From an uncultured delta proteobacterium (lineage in GTDB: Bacteria; Desulfobacterota; Syntrophobacteria; Syntrophobacterales; Syntrophobacteraceae): a stretch of 64,000 nt of DNA. The DNA is taken from the NCBI GenBank assembly GCA_963808625.1, contig CAWEHK010000037.1, positions 80,157-144,156 of the forward strand. The letters are read 5' to 3'. Shown piece after piece: positions 43,800 to 54,853 of the stretch (positions within the stretch are counted from its first letter, which is position 1; the number at the start of each line of letters is the position of its first letter). The position numbers and the translations under genes were made by a program. The notes under the pieces were generated by a model. That model ran no database searches. It saw nothing but the letters and a program-made list of their open reading frames with translations, and had not been told where the DNA came from.

Positions 43800-44642
43800 A
43801 TGACAAAACAGCAGGCTCATTCAGCACACCCCTTGGATGGACTCCTGCGCACCGATCGTATCCCCCACATCTGGTGCACGGGTTGCGGCATCGGCACGGC
43901 GTTTTCGTCCTGCCTGGTGGCCATGCAGGGGTCTGGCATTGACCTCAAGAAAACCGTAATGGTGTCGGGAATCGGCTGTTCGGGCCGGGCTGCAGGATAT
44001 ATCAGGCTTGATTCCTACCACACCACTCACGGGCGCGCGATTCCGTTCGCCACCGGCATGAAGCTCGCGAACCCCGACCTGAATGTGGTGGTCTTCAGCG
44101 GTGATGGCGACCTCTTTGCCATCGGGGGCAATCATTTTATCCATGCCGCGCGCCGCAATGTCGACCTGACCGTGGTCTGCGTCAACAACTTCAATTACGG
44201 GATGACCGGCGGCCAGGCGGCGGCAACTACTCCCAACCTGGCGAGAACGACTACCACTCCTCTGGGCAATCCCGAAACCCCGTTCAACCTCCCGCTGCTG
44301 GCCTATGCGGCCGGCGCGACTTACGTCGCCCGATGGACCATATTGCATACCCGCGACCTCACGAAATCCATCGAAGAAGCTCTATTGCGGCGGGGTTTTT
44401 CCTTTATCGAAGTGTTGGCGCCCTGCCCTACCGGCTATGGCCGTCGCAACCGGGAAAAGCCTCTGGAAACCCTTCAGATTTACCGGGACCGCACGATCAC
44501 AAGGAATGGCGCTCACCCTTCGGAAGTGATCCTGGATTTCGGTAAGGGAATCACCCTGGGCAAATTCGTTGACCTGGAACGGCCAACCTGTACCGAAATG
44601 TATGATCGTACGTGTCGACCAAGTCTGGACGTGAGCGCATAG
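43800..44642 (+). CDS. 2-oxoacid:ferredoxin oxidoreductase beta subunit (TPP-binding)
   Basis: WCTGCG, SGIGC, HGRA, GDGD...NN. Confidence 0.93.
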   Translation: MTKQQAHSAHPLDGLLRTDRIPHIWCTGCGIGTAFSSCLVAMQGSGIDLKKTVMVSGIGCSGRAAGYIRLDSYHTTHGRAIPFATGMKLANPDLNVVVFSGDGDLFAIGGNHFIHAARRNVDLTVVCVNNFNYGMTGGQAAATTPNLARTTTTPLGNPETPFNLPLLAYAAGATYVARWTILHTRDLTKSIEEALLRRGFSFIEVLAPCPTGYGRRNREKPLETLQIYRDRTITRNGAHPSEVILDFGKGITLGKFVDLERPTCTEMYDRTCRPSLDVSA

Positions 44643-45084
44643 CAAATCGCGCGGCTGATCGACTCTTGAAAAGCATCTCACCGCAGAGACGCAGAGAACG
44701 CAGAGCGAAAATGAGAATCAAGAACCTCACCTTGCCTGATGGAACGAGCGTGACCGACATCACAGCCTTTCTCCGTGCACTGATGACATCCAATTGTTTG
44801 AAGCTCGGTACAGCTCAGCAAAATAAAGTGTCCATTGTCCTGGATCGTCATTCCGGCAATCTCCTAGCCGGAATCCACAAGAGCTTCCTGGATACCGGCT
44901 AAAAACATGCCGGTATGACGAAGGGAAATCTGACACTCAATTCTGCGACGCAGTACTTAGCCACGATATTTCTATCAGTAAAGGGTTTCTCTGCGTTCCT
45001 CCGCGCTCTCTGCGTCTCTGCGGTGTGCTTTTGGTTGCGGCCATCGGTGACACTGCATTCTCACAATGAAAAGGAAATCCGCAA

Positions 45085-45693
45085 GTGATAGAGGTTAGTT
45101 CAGAATCCCCCTCGCGTAACGAAATCATCATTACCGGTTTTGGCGGTCAGGGTATTGTGCTTGCCGGTCAGATCATGGGCAAGGCGGCCAGCCTGATTGA
45201 CCAGAAGGAAACCACCCTGACGCAGTCTTATGGTCCGGAAGCCAGAGGCGGGGCCTGCAGCGCTCAGGTCATTATCTCCACGGCGACCATCCACTACCCC
45301 TACGTGAACCATCCCGACATCCTGGTGTGCCTGTCTCAGGAAGCCTACAACAAGTTCCATGGGTTATTGAAGGATGGCGGGACCCTGATCGTCGACCAGG
45401 ACCTGATTCGCCCAGCGGAAGCCGGGCAGGCGAATTGCTTTTCCATCCCGGCTACGCGCATGGCCGAGGAACTGGGGAACAAGATGATGGCAAATGTGGT
45501 CATGCTTGGCTTCGTTACGGCGGTGACGGGCGCCGTTTCTGCCAATGCCATGCGTGATACCGTGGCGGACACGGTGCCTAAGCGCAGCGTGGAACAGAAT
45601 GTTGCCGCCTTCAATAAAGGCTTCGATTACGGCCTCGCGACCCTCAAGGGGCGCCGCAAAAAGGCCGCCGAGCAAAAGAGTGCAGCTTCATGA
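45085..45693 (+). CDS. 2-oxoacid:acceptor oxidoreductase gamma subunit
   Basis: GFGGQG, YGPEARGG. Confidence 0.93.
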   Translation: MIEVSSESPSRNEIIITGFGGQGIVLAGQIMGKAASLIDQKETTLTQSYGPEARGGACSAQVIISTATIHYPYVNHPDILVCLSQEAYNKFHGLLKDGGTLIVDQDLIRPAEAGQANCFSIPATRMAEELGNKMMANVVMLGFVTAVTGAVSANAMRDTVADTVPKRSVEQNVAAFNKGFDYGLATLKGRRKKAAEQKSAAS

Positions 45694-48600
45694 GGGACTT
45701 TAAAGACCGGCTCCATCGTGTCCTGGTGATCGGCGCAACTCCTGCGGGGCTCGCTGCAACCAACAAGTTGGGTGAAATGGGTATTCCCGTAACCCTTGTC
45801 GACTCCAACCCGGACCTCGATCAGCGGTTTTCCCGCGAGGAATGGCGCCTGGCTTCGGGAGTTCCCCTGAATTATGCCATGCGACCGGGATTACTCCGCA
45901 TCCTGCGGAACCCGCGCATCTCCTGTGTCATTCCGGGTGAAATCAGTTCTCTGAAGCACACCCCCCAAGGCTTTTGCGCCCATTTCAAGAACTTCGAAAC
46001 CTTCATCGACCCCGAACGATGCGTGCTCTGCGGCCGCTGCGCTGAAGTCTGTCCGGTTACCTGCCGTGATGGTTCAAAACCCCTTCAATACCATGGCCGT
46101 CACAGCCTGCCCGGACGCCCGGTGATCGCCAAAAAAGGCACCAGTCCCTGCAAGGCTGAATGTCCGGCGCACATCAGTGTCCAGGGGTATGTGGCGCTGG
46201 TTGCCCAGGGTAAGTACCGTGAAGCCCTCCAGCTCATCAAGGAGCAAAATCCGCTTCCGGCCATCTGCGGCAGGGTCTGCGATCACCCGTGCGAAGGGGT
46301 TTGCACGCGGCGGCAAGTGGACGAACCGGTGGCGATAGATTTCATCAAGCGGTTTGTGGCCGACCTCGATCTCGACGCCGAAACCCGTTATGTTCCGGAA
46401 ATCAAGGCGAAGCGTGAAGAAAAGGTGGCCATCATCGGTTCCGGGCCGGCGGGGCTTTCCTGTGCTTATTATCTTGCCATCGAGGGTTACCGGGTAACCG
46501 TCTTCGAAAAGCTTCCCGTGCTTGGCGGCATGCTGACCGTGGGCATTCCGGCTTATCGCCTGCCGCGCAATATCATCGAAGCCGAGATTCAGGTCATCCG
46601 CGATTTGGGTGTGGTGTTCAGAACCGGAGTTGATATCGGCCGAGACGTCACCATCGCCCAGCTTCGCGAGCAGGGTTACCGGGCTTTCTTCCTCGCCATT
46701 GGGGCGCATGAGTGCAAGGTCCTCGGGGTAGAAGGAGAAAGTCTCGAAGGGGTTTATCCGGGAACGGATTTCCTGCTCCGGCTCAATCTCGGTGAAACCA
46801 TTGCCCTCGGCGACCGGGTAGCCGTGGTGGGCGGCGGCAACGTGGCCATGGATGCGGTGCGCAGCGCCAAACGCCTGGGTGCGGCCAGGCCGTTTATCGT
46901 TTACCGCCGAAGTCACGAGGAAATGCCGGCCAACGAAGAAGAGATCGAAGAATGCCGCGAAGAAGGCATCGAGATCATGACCCTCACCACCCCCACTCGG
47001 ATCATCGGGGAAAATGGACGGGTCAAGGCCATCGAATGCATCCGCATGACGCTGGGAGAACCCGATGCCGAGCGGCAGGCGACGTCCTGTCCCGATTCCG
47101 GGCTCGGAATTCACGATGGAGGTCGATGCCGTTATTGCTGCCATCGGCCAGGAATCCGACTGGGCCTGCCTCACTTCCGAGTGTACCTGCACCCTGAGTG
47201 ACTGGGGGACGGTGCGTGTCGATCCCCTGACCTTGCAGACCGACGATGCGGATATTTTTGCCGGCGGGGACGCCGTGACCGGCCCGAAGACGGTCATCAG
47301 GGCGATCGCCGCTGGAAAACAGGCGGCTGTCTCCATTGGGCGCTTCATCGAGGGCAGCGATCTTAAGGAAGGTCGCCAAAAGGAATGGCACGCGGTGGAG
47401 GACCTTCGCCCCGAGGGCTACGATCGCATCCCCCGCGAGCAGATGCCACGGCTTGATCCCGAAGAGCGCCTGACGGGCTTCCAGGAAGTGCAGCAGGGTT
47501 TCTCCGAGGATCAGGTGCTGACGGAAGCGGCACGGTGCCTGGCCTGTGGGATTTGCTCGGAATGCCTCCAGTGCCAGGAAACTTGCGGTCTGCGAGGAGC
47601 CATAAGCCATGATGGGGTGTCTGAACAGGGTCCCGAACATGCCGGTGTGGTAATCATTGCGGACCCCGATGCGGCGCCTCCCATCAGAGGCGAAGACGTT
47701 ATTCGCGCCTATAGCAAGAAATCCGCCAGGGACGACGTCTATGCCATGATGCTGCGCGGTTTTGCCGCCGCCGCGGAAGCCATGCTCATCCTCGGCGGCG
47801 GTTCCCAGCGCCTGAAGGGCCATGGCCTCTCGTTCTCGCCACCTGATCCTGAGCTTTCGCCGGAAATTCGCATCGGGGTTTTTGCCTGCCGCTGCAACGA
47901 TTCACTGGGATGGGCGAAGGAGTTGGACGGGCACCTCGCGACCCTTACCAGCCAGCCCGATGTGGTGCATGCCGAAGCTCTGGTCTCCGCTTGCATCCCG
48001 GAAGGCGCGACGACGATCCTGAGGACCATCCGCAAACACCGCCTGACCCGTGTGGTCCTGGCCTCGTGTGTCTGCTGCCCGCTCGACTTTATTTGCAGCT
48101 CGTGCACCGATCAGCGCAGCCGCCTCAAAAGCGCCCTCTTCAATGCCACCGGCATCAGCCGCTCCATGGTCGAAACCTGCAACCTGCGAGGCGAAGCCCT
48201 GCGCTTTCTCCAGGAAGACCCAGAACTGGGTCTCGAATGCTTTCGGGGTCTTATCGGCAGATCCATAGGTCGAGCCCGTCTTCTTAAATCCTTGCCCGCA
48301 CCGGCTCGGCGCTACAATTTCACCACGGCAGTCATCGCCGATTCCGAGGCTGCCATCCGAAGCGCTTTTTCCCTTGCCGAAGCCGGCATGGAAGTGTTTT
48401 TGTTCGGGTCGGGCCACAAACCCCTGAACAAGCCTCTGCCTCACCCGAACATTCAGAGCTTTTGCGGGTCCGTGGTGAAGCACCTGCGAGGTACGGTAGG
48501 GAACTTCGAGGTGACCGTCGAAATCTCGGGGCAGCAGCAGGAATTCTCCGTCGGCGCAGTGATCCTTGGAGATACTTCGCGCAGGCGCATTCCCTACCTG

Positions 48601-49053
48601 CCTCTCAAAGAACTGCCGCCACGCCCGGTGGAATCGACCATGCAGAAGCAGGGGCTCAGCGGGATTCCGTTCTTCACGCCGGGCTCCACATCGGTTCCCG
48701 GCCTGTTCCTCGCCAATCCTCCCGGAATCAGTGTTTCCGAACGTACCAAGGGTACCGCAGCAGCCATTCTGGCGGCTTCGGTTATGCCTCGGGGACCTCG
48801 CCAGAACAAAGGCTATACGGTAGTGATCGACGAACTCCTTTGTCGCGGCTGCGGCCGCTGTATCGAAATCTGTCCCTACCAGGCGGTAAGTTTTGCGAGA
48901 AATGCCGTCGGCGGGTGGCACGCCGTCGTGGACCAGGCCCTCTGCAAAGGCTGCGGCAACTGCATCGCCATCTGCCCCTCGAGTGCCGCCGACTGCCCTT
49001 ACCGCAACCGCAGTTATTTGGAACAGATGATTGATGAAGTGTTGTTAGAGTGA
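45690..49053 (+). CDS. HdrL-like protein: divergent HdrA scaffold with an inserted GltD/NfnB-like FAD/NAD(P)-binding module (frameshift near 47068)
   Basis: CVLCGRC..CP, CKAECP, CGRVC..PCE, GSGPAG, GGGNVAMD, AGGD, FACRC, C-terminal 2x[4Fe-4S]. Confidence 0.8.
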
Positions 49054-49139
49054 TGATGAGTGATGAGTGACGAGTGATGAGTGACGAGTAATGAGTGACG
49101 AGTGATGAGTGATGAGTAGATGAGTGATGAGTGATGAGT
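49049..49139. repeat. Heptamer array (GTGATGA/GTGACGA) filling the whole intergenic gap
   Basis: About 12 copies, including the upstream stop and the downstream start. Confidence 0.93.
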
Positions 49140-50770
49140 TGAAAATTGTTGTATTCATGTGCAACTGGGGGCCGCATGCGGCTTTTCAGGCTTTGCAGGA
49201 CAACGGGGCGGCGATTCCGCCCGAAATCCGCATGATTCGGATTCCCTGTACGGGAAGGATCACCAAGTCCCTGCTCTTCAGGGCCTTCGAAATGGGTGCG
49301 GACGGGGTCGCGCTCGTCGGCTGCACGCCCGGTTCATGCCGTTATGGGAGCGGCACCCCGACGGCTGTGCGCAACGTGGAAGACACTCGCGGCTTTCTCG
49401 AACTCCTGGGTCTTGGAAAAGAGCGCCTGCAACTGGCGACTTACCTCCCGGACGAAGCGGAATCCCTGTTAGGTTTCTTGCATGAGTTCCACAGCAGCAT
49501 TCAAGACCTCGGACGAAGTCCCGTGACTCCTCCTGCCGTCAGAGGAACCGAACGGCCGCCAGCAGTTCCTGATCTGCCCGCGAGCTCCGGGAACATTGGC
49601 ACGGATCGCGCCGTTCCCCGGGAAGTCACCACCCAGCTTCTGACCACCCATGATGTCTATGCCTGTCAGGATTGTGGCAAGTGCTCCTCGGCCTGCCCGC
49701 TGACACTGATCGGCAAGCCGTTTTCCCCGCGTTCCGTCGCCAATGCCATCATCTCGGGGGCCGTCACGGCCCCGGCCGTCGTGCGGGACACCTGGTCATG
49801 CCTCACCTGCGGAACCTGTTACGACCGTTGCCCGTCCGCCGTGACCTTCCCGGAGTTCATCCGTGACCTGCGAGGACTTCAGAAGGCTTGCGGCATTGGC
49901 GGTCATCAGGCCCACGACGGCTTCTTCCAGTCGCTGATGCGCACCATGGCTTCACCCAACCTGAAAATTCAGCACTGGAACTGGCTGCCGGATGGAATTC
50001 AAACGGACTCGCAGTCCAAACTGCTCTTTTTCGGCGGATGCGCTCCCTATTTCGATATTTTCTTTCGAGCCCATCTCGGCATCCATACCCGTGATATCCT
50101 GACGGACAGCCTGCGGCTGCTCAATTTTTTCGATATTTATCCCAACCTCCTCAGGGGGGAACGATGTTGCGGGCACGACCTGCTCTGGTCCGGAGACCGC
50201 GACAATTTCCACAAGCTGGCCACTTTGAACGTGGAAGCGATTGCCGACCTCGGCATCGACGAAGTGGTTACGGCCTGCCCGGAATGCTACCGGACTCTGA
50301 GTCGCGATTATGCGGCCCATGGCATCCAGGTGGGCTTCAAGGTAACCCACCTCTACGAATTGCTCGAGAGGGAAATCGACAAAGGCGCGGTGGGGTTTGA
50401 AAAACTCGACCGCAACTTGACCTTCCAGGATTCCTGCCGCATCAATCGCCTGGGAGCCGGCCCCGAACTTCCCAGAAAACTGCTTCACCGCCTTCAGCCC
50501 AGGACTTTTACCGAAATGCAGGACCACGGCATGGCCGCAATCTGCTGCGGCAACTGCGCCTGGACCGGATGTGACAGTTACAGCAAAGCGCTGCAGGTCA
50601 AACGGTTGCGGCAGGCGAAAGCAACGGGAAGCAACCTGTTGGTTACCGCTTGTCCCAAATGTCAGATCCACCTGCGCTGCGCGATGGAAGATCCCTTCCT
50701 GGGCGAAGAGATCCAAATGGAAATGATGGACCTCACTTCGGTCCTGGCGAAGACGATTCGGTGGGAGTGA
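49127..50770 (+). CDS. MvhD - HdrD-like fusion (2Fe-2S, 2x4Fe-4S, two CCG domains)
   Basis: CNW, PCTGRI, GC..GSCRY; CQDCGKC, CLTCGTC; CCG x2, TACP x2. Confidence 0.88.
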   Translation: MSDELKIVVFMCNWGPHAAFQALQDNGAAIPPEIRMIRIPCTGRITKSLLFRAFEMGADGVALVGCTPGSCRYGSGTPTAVRNVEDTRGFLELLGLGKERLQLATYLPDEAESLLGFLHEFHSSIQDLGRSPVTPPAVRGTERPPAVPDLPASSGNIGTDRAVPREVTTQLLTTHDVYACQDCGKCSSACPLTLIGKPFSPRSVANAIISGAVTAPAVVRDTWSCLTCGTCYDRCPSAVTFPEFIRDLRGLQKACGIGGHQAHDGFFQSLMRTMASPNLKIQHWNWLPDGIQTDSQSKLLFFGGCAPYFDIFFRAHLGIHTRDILTDSLRLLNFFDIYPNLLRGERCCGHDLLWSGDRDNFHKLATLNVEAIADLGIDEVVTACPECYRTLSRDYAAHGIQVGFKVTHLYELLEREIDKGAVGFEKLDRNLTFQDSCRINRLGAGPELPRKLLHRLQPRTFTEMQDHGMAAICCGNCAWTGCDSYSKALQVKRLRQAKATGSNLLVTACPKCQIHLRCAMEDPFLGEEIQMEMMDLTSVLAKTIRWE

Positions 50771-50773
50771 TTT

Positions 50774-50892
50774 TAGTGGCTAGTGGCTAGTGGCTAGTGA
50801 CCAGGGGCTAGTGGCTAGTGACTAGGGGCTAGTGGCTAGTGACCAGGGGCTAGTGATTGGTGGCTGGTGACTAGGGGTTGGTGGTTAGCGAC
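50774..50892. repeat. Heptamer array TAGTGGC/TAGTGAC/TAGGGGC (left arm)
   Basis: About 16 units upstream of the four-helix-bundle gene. Confidence 0.95.
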
Positions 50893-50931
50893 GGAGAGCC
50901 TGGAAATGCAATTAGAGATGAGTTTTGGTGA

Positions 50932-51288
50932 ATGGCAGAAATAAGATCTTATATGGATCTGATGGTGTGGCAGAAAGGGATTGAGTTAGTGGAGGAAGTT
51001 TATAAAATCATCGGGACTTTCCCTAACGATGAACGATATGTTCTCGGAGCACAGATAAGACGCTCGTCCGTATCCGTGCCATCCAATATTGCTGAGGGCC
51101 AGGCACGACAACATACCGGTGAGTTCAGGCAATTTCTCTATGTCTCACTGGGGTCTCTTGCTGAATTGGATACTCAGCTGATAATCGCAAAGAGACTTGC
51201 CTATATTAATGATGAGGCACACAGGATTGTTAGGGAAAGAATTTTCGAGCTTCAAAAGATGCTATCGAGCTTGATAAAGAAACTCTAA
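50932..51288 (+). CDS. Four helix bundle protein (TIGR02436 / 23S rRNA IVP family, Avd-like fold)
   Basis: DL.VWQKG, FP..E.Y.L..QIRRS.VS.PSNIAEG, GSLAEL.TQL; visibly AT-richer than neighbouring genes. Confidence 0.93.
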   Translation: MAEIRSYMDLMVWQKGIELVEEVYKIIGTFPNDERYVLGAQIRRSSVSVPSNIAEGQARQHTGEFRQFLYVSLGSLAELDTQLIIAKRLAYINDEAHRIVRERIFELQKMLSSLIKKL

Positions 51289-51289
51289 T

Positions 51290-51335
51290 CACTAGCCACT
51301 AGCCACTAGTCACTAGTCACTAGTCACTAGTCACT
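51290..51335. repeat. Heptamer array CACTAGC/CACTAGT (right arm, reverse complement of the left arm)
   Basis: About 6.5 units directly after the stop codon. Confidence 0.95.
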
Positions 51336-51355
51336 CTAAACATGAGAATTTGACG

Positions 51356-53770
51356 ATGAATACAACGGATAAACAAACCCAATCTTCTTCTCCCCGCATC
51401 GGCGTCTATATTTGCCATTGCGGGTTGAATATTGCCCGGACGGTTAACTGTGTGAAGGTTTCCGCGGAGGCTGCAGGGCTTGACGGCGTCGTGGTGGCGC
51501 GCGAGGTCCCTTATGCCTGTTCCGAACCGGGGCAGCACAGCATCAAGGAAGATATCGCCGAGCACGATCTCGACCGGGTGGTGGTGGCCTCGTGTTCGCC
51601 GCGGCTGCACGAACCCACTTTTCAGCACATGCTGCAGGCTGCGGGACTCAACCCCTACCTGTTCGAAATGGCCAATATCCGGGAACATTGCAGTTGGGTG
51701 CACATGAACGAGCCCGAGGCCGCAACGGCCAAAGCGGTCGATCTGACGAAAATGGCCGTGGCGCGCGTGCGTCAGCTCCAACCCCTGGAACCGGAACGGC
51801 TTTCCCTCACGAAGCGGTCGCTCGTGATCGGGGGCGGCGTGGCCGGGATCCAGGCGGCGCTGGACCTTGCGGACAATGATTACGAGGTGGTGCTGGTGGA
51901 AAAGCGGGCTTCCATTGGCGGCATGATGGCGCAGCTTGACAAGACCTTCCCCACCATGGACTGCTCCATCTGAATCCTCGGGCCGAAAATGACGGATGTC
52001 GGTCGACATCCCCGCATCAAGCTCCTCACGCTCAGCGAAGTGGTCGACGTCAAAGGCTTTGTGGGAAACTTCGAAGTGAAGATTCTCAAGAAGGCCCGCT
52101 ACGTGGACGAAAAGGAATGTACGGCCTGCGGCGAGTGCGCCAAGGTCTGCCCGGTGGTTCGTCCGGATGAGTTCAACCTCGGCCTGTCGTCGCGCAAAGC
52201 GATTTATTCCGCTTTTCCCCAGGCCGTCCCGGCCGCCTATATGCTCAATCCCAACGAATGCCTGGGGCATAACCCGGCCGTGTGCGCCAAGTGCATCGAA
52301 GCGTGCGAGAAGCACTGCATCAACTTCCACATGTCCGATGAGGAGATCGTGGAGAAAGTCGGCACCATCGTGGTCGCCACCGGTCTCGAGCCCTACGACC
52401 CGACCGAACTCGATGAATACGGCTACACCCGTTTCGAAAATGTCCTGACCAGCCTGGAATTCGAACGCCTGGTCAACGCCGGAGGGCCATCCAAGGGCGA
52501 AGTCATCCGCCCGACCGACCGGAAGCACCCGCGATCCATAGGCTTCGTGCAATGCGTCGGCTCGCGCTCGGCCCGGAAAGGGAGCCCGTATTGCTCCAAC
52601 ATCTGCTGCATGAACACGGTGAAGAGCACGCTCGTGCTCAAGGAACACCATCCGGACATGGATGTGAAGGTCTTCTACATGGACATCCGCGCCTTCGGCA
52701 AAGGCTTCGAAGACCTCTATAAGCGAAGCCGCCGCCTCGGTGTGCATTACATTCGGGGATTGCCGGGAACCGTCGAGGAAACCCCGGATCGAGGTCTGAG
52801 GGTTGCCGTCGAAAACACGGCCACTGGGGCCATCGAGTTCCATGAGCTGGACATGCTGGTCCTTTCCATCGGGATCAAGCCTTCTCAGAGCACGCGCAAA
52901 CTCCAGGAAATGCTGGGACTGCAGCTCACCTCGGACGGCTTCTTCCTCGAAGCCCATCCCAAACTGCTGCCGGTCGATGCCGCCACCCGAGGGGTCTTTT
53001 ACGCCGGCTGCGCCGAGGGGCCAAAGGACATCAAGGACAGCGTCACCCAGGCTTCGGCAGCCGCCGTCCGGGCGATCCGCCTGATGCACCGGGGAGAAAT
53101 CCTCACCGAACCGATCACGTCCGAGGTCATTGCCGAACACTGCAAGGCCTGTGGCCGCTGTGCGGAAGTGTGTCCGTACAACGCCATCACCGTCGATACC
53201 AAGAAGAAGCTCCCCGCGGTGGTCAACACGGCAGCCTGTGCCGGCTGTGGCACCTGCGCCGCCGAATGCGCCTTCGGCGCCATTACCATGAACCATTTCA
53301 GCGACCTTCAGATCTCCGAGCAGATCGATGCGATGCTGGCCGACCGGCCTCACGAAAAAATTCTCACCTTCGCCTGCAACTGGTGTTCGTATGCCGGCGC
53401 CGATTATGCCGGGGTTTCGCGCCTCCAGTACCCGCCAAACGTGCGCCTCATCCGCACCATGTGTTCCGGACGCGTGGCCGAGGATTTCATCTGGCGGGGC
53501 TTTGTCAGGGGCGCCCCGGTGATCCTCGTGAGCGGCTGCCATATCGGGGACTGCCATTACATCAACGCCAACCACTGGACGGTGAAGCGCGTGGAGAAGG
53601 TCCGGAAGAAGATGGCTAAACTCGGCATCCGCCCCGAACGTCTGCAACTGGAATGGATCAGTGCTGCGGAAGGCATCCGCTTCGCCAACGTCATGCAGCG
53701 GATGGAAAGCCTCCGGCAGAGCGTCTCGCCGGAAGAGATTGCCGAAGCCATCGAGAAGCTTTCAAAATAA
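51356..53770 (+). CDS. hdrA: Heterodisulfide reductase subunit A - MvhD fusion, selenoprotein (UGA=Sec at 51971)
   Basis: ICHCG, GGGVAG, DKTFPTMDCSI-U-ILGPKM in frame, QCVGSR, CSNICC, C-terminal CNWCSY..CSGR..GCHIGDCHY. Confidence 0.92.
51994..52011 (+). promoter_or_regulatory. Putative bacterial SECIS hairpin
   Basis: GGATGTC-GGTC-GACATCC stem-loop starting 20 nt after the in-frame UGA. Confidence 0.65.
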
Positions 53771-54155
53771 CCCCGCACCCGCTGATATGGGCTTGCCTTC
53801 ATTATGCCATTGCTGCCATAATGCATGGGCGTCAAAATGAGGGCCTCGATGGTGCGTTTTCAAGTAGCGCCTGGGTCCGTCTCATGGAAGCCCACGCGAA
53901 GGCGCGGGCAAGGCAAACGAGAGCCAGTTTGCTCGAACCTCTTTTCTCGCATCTTCGCGGCTTCGCGTTAAGAAAAGCAGATTTCACTAAACATTCGCGC
54001 TAGAGGCGATCACACCTCGGCGAAGGACACACAGGTCGACAGCGATAGATTTCAAGGAGCATCTCAGGGCCCAAACCGCCTCCAGGTCTGGTCTTTTCGG
54101 TAAAACCTTCGTGCTCTTCGTGTTCTTCGCGGTGAGAAAAATACGGCAAAATCCT

Positions 54156-54853
54156 ATGGACGTCATTCTTGAGGGCTTAAAAGAGGCCATCCGGCAACTG
54201 GTCACCCTTGACCCCGACGTCATCGACATCACCCTGAGAACGCTTCAGGTCTCGGGTATCGCGACCTTCATCAGCGTTTTGATCGGTATTCCGATCGGCA
54301 CGGTCCTGGCCTTGACGCAATTCTTCGGGCGCGGGCTGCTGGTCAGCATCGTCAATTTCGGCATGGGCCTGCCGCCGGTGGTGGTCGGACTGGCGACGTG
54401 GCTCTGCCTGACCCGCTACGGACCGCTTGGCATGTTCGGCCTGCTCTACACGCCGACGGCCATGATCCTGGCCCAGGCCGTCATCGCTTCTCCCATTGTT
54501 GCCGGGTTCAGTCTCGCGGCCATCCAGTCGGTCAATCCCAAAATGCGTCTTCAGCTCCTGGCGTTTGGCACAACCCGCCTGCAATATCTCGCGCTCTTGA
54601 TCTGGGAGGCGCGCCTGGGCATTCTGGCGGCGATCATCGCCGGTTTTGGCGGGGTGATCAGCGAGGTCGGCGCTTCGATGATGGTGGGAGGCAATATTCG
54701 CGGCTATACGCGGGTGCTGACCACCTCCACCGTGCTCGAGGTATCGAAGGGGAAGTTCGAACTGGCCACCGCCTTGAGCATCATCCTGCTCCTGGTGACG
54801 TTTTGCATCATGGCTTCTTGAGCCATCTCCAGCAGCGGGGCAAGAAACCATGA
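54156..54853 (+). CDS. tupB: Tungstate ABC transporter permease (TupB-like), frameshift near the 3' end
   Basis: MGLPPVVVGL, SEVGASMMVGGNI...TRVLTT. Confidence 0.85.

Noticed and set aside
50932..51288. Four-helix-bundle gene as the Avd of a local DGR
   Set aside because: There is no adjacent RT or template repeat, the motifs fit the IVP/TIGR02436 branch, and it lies 9 kb from the putative variable region.
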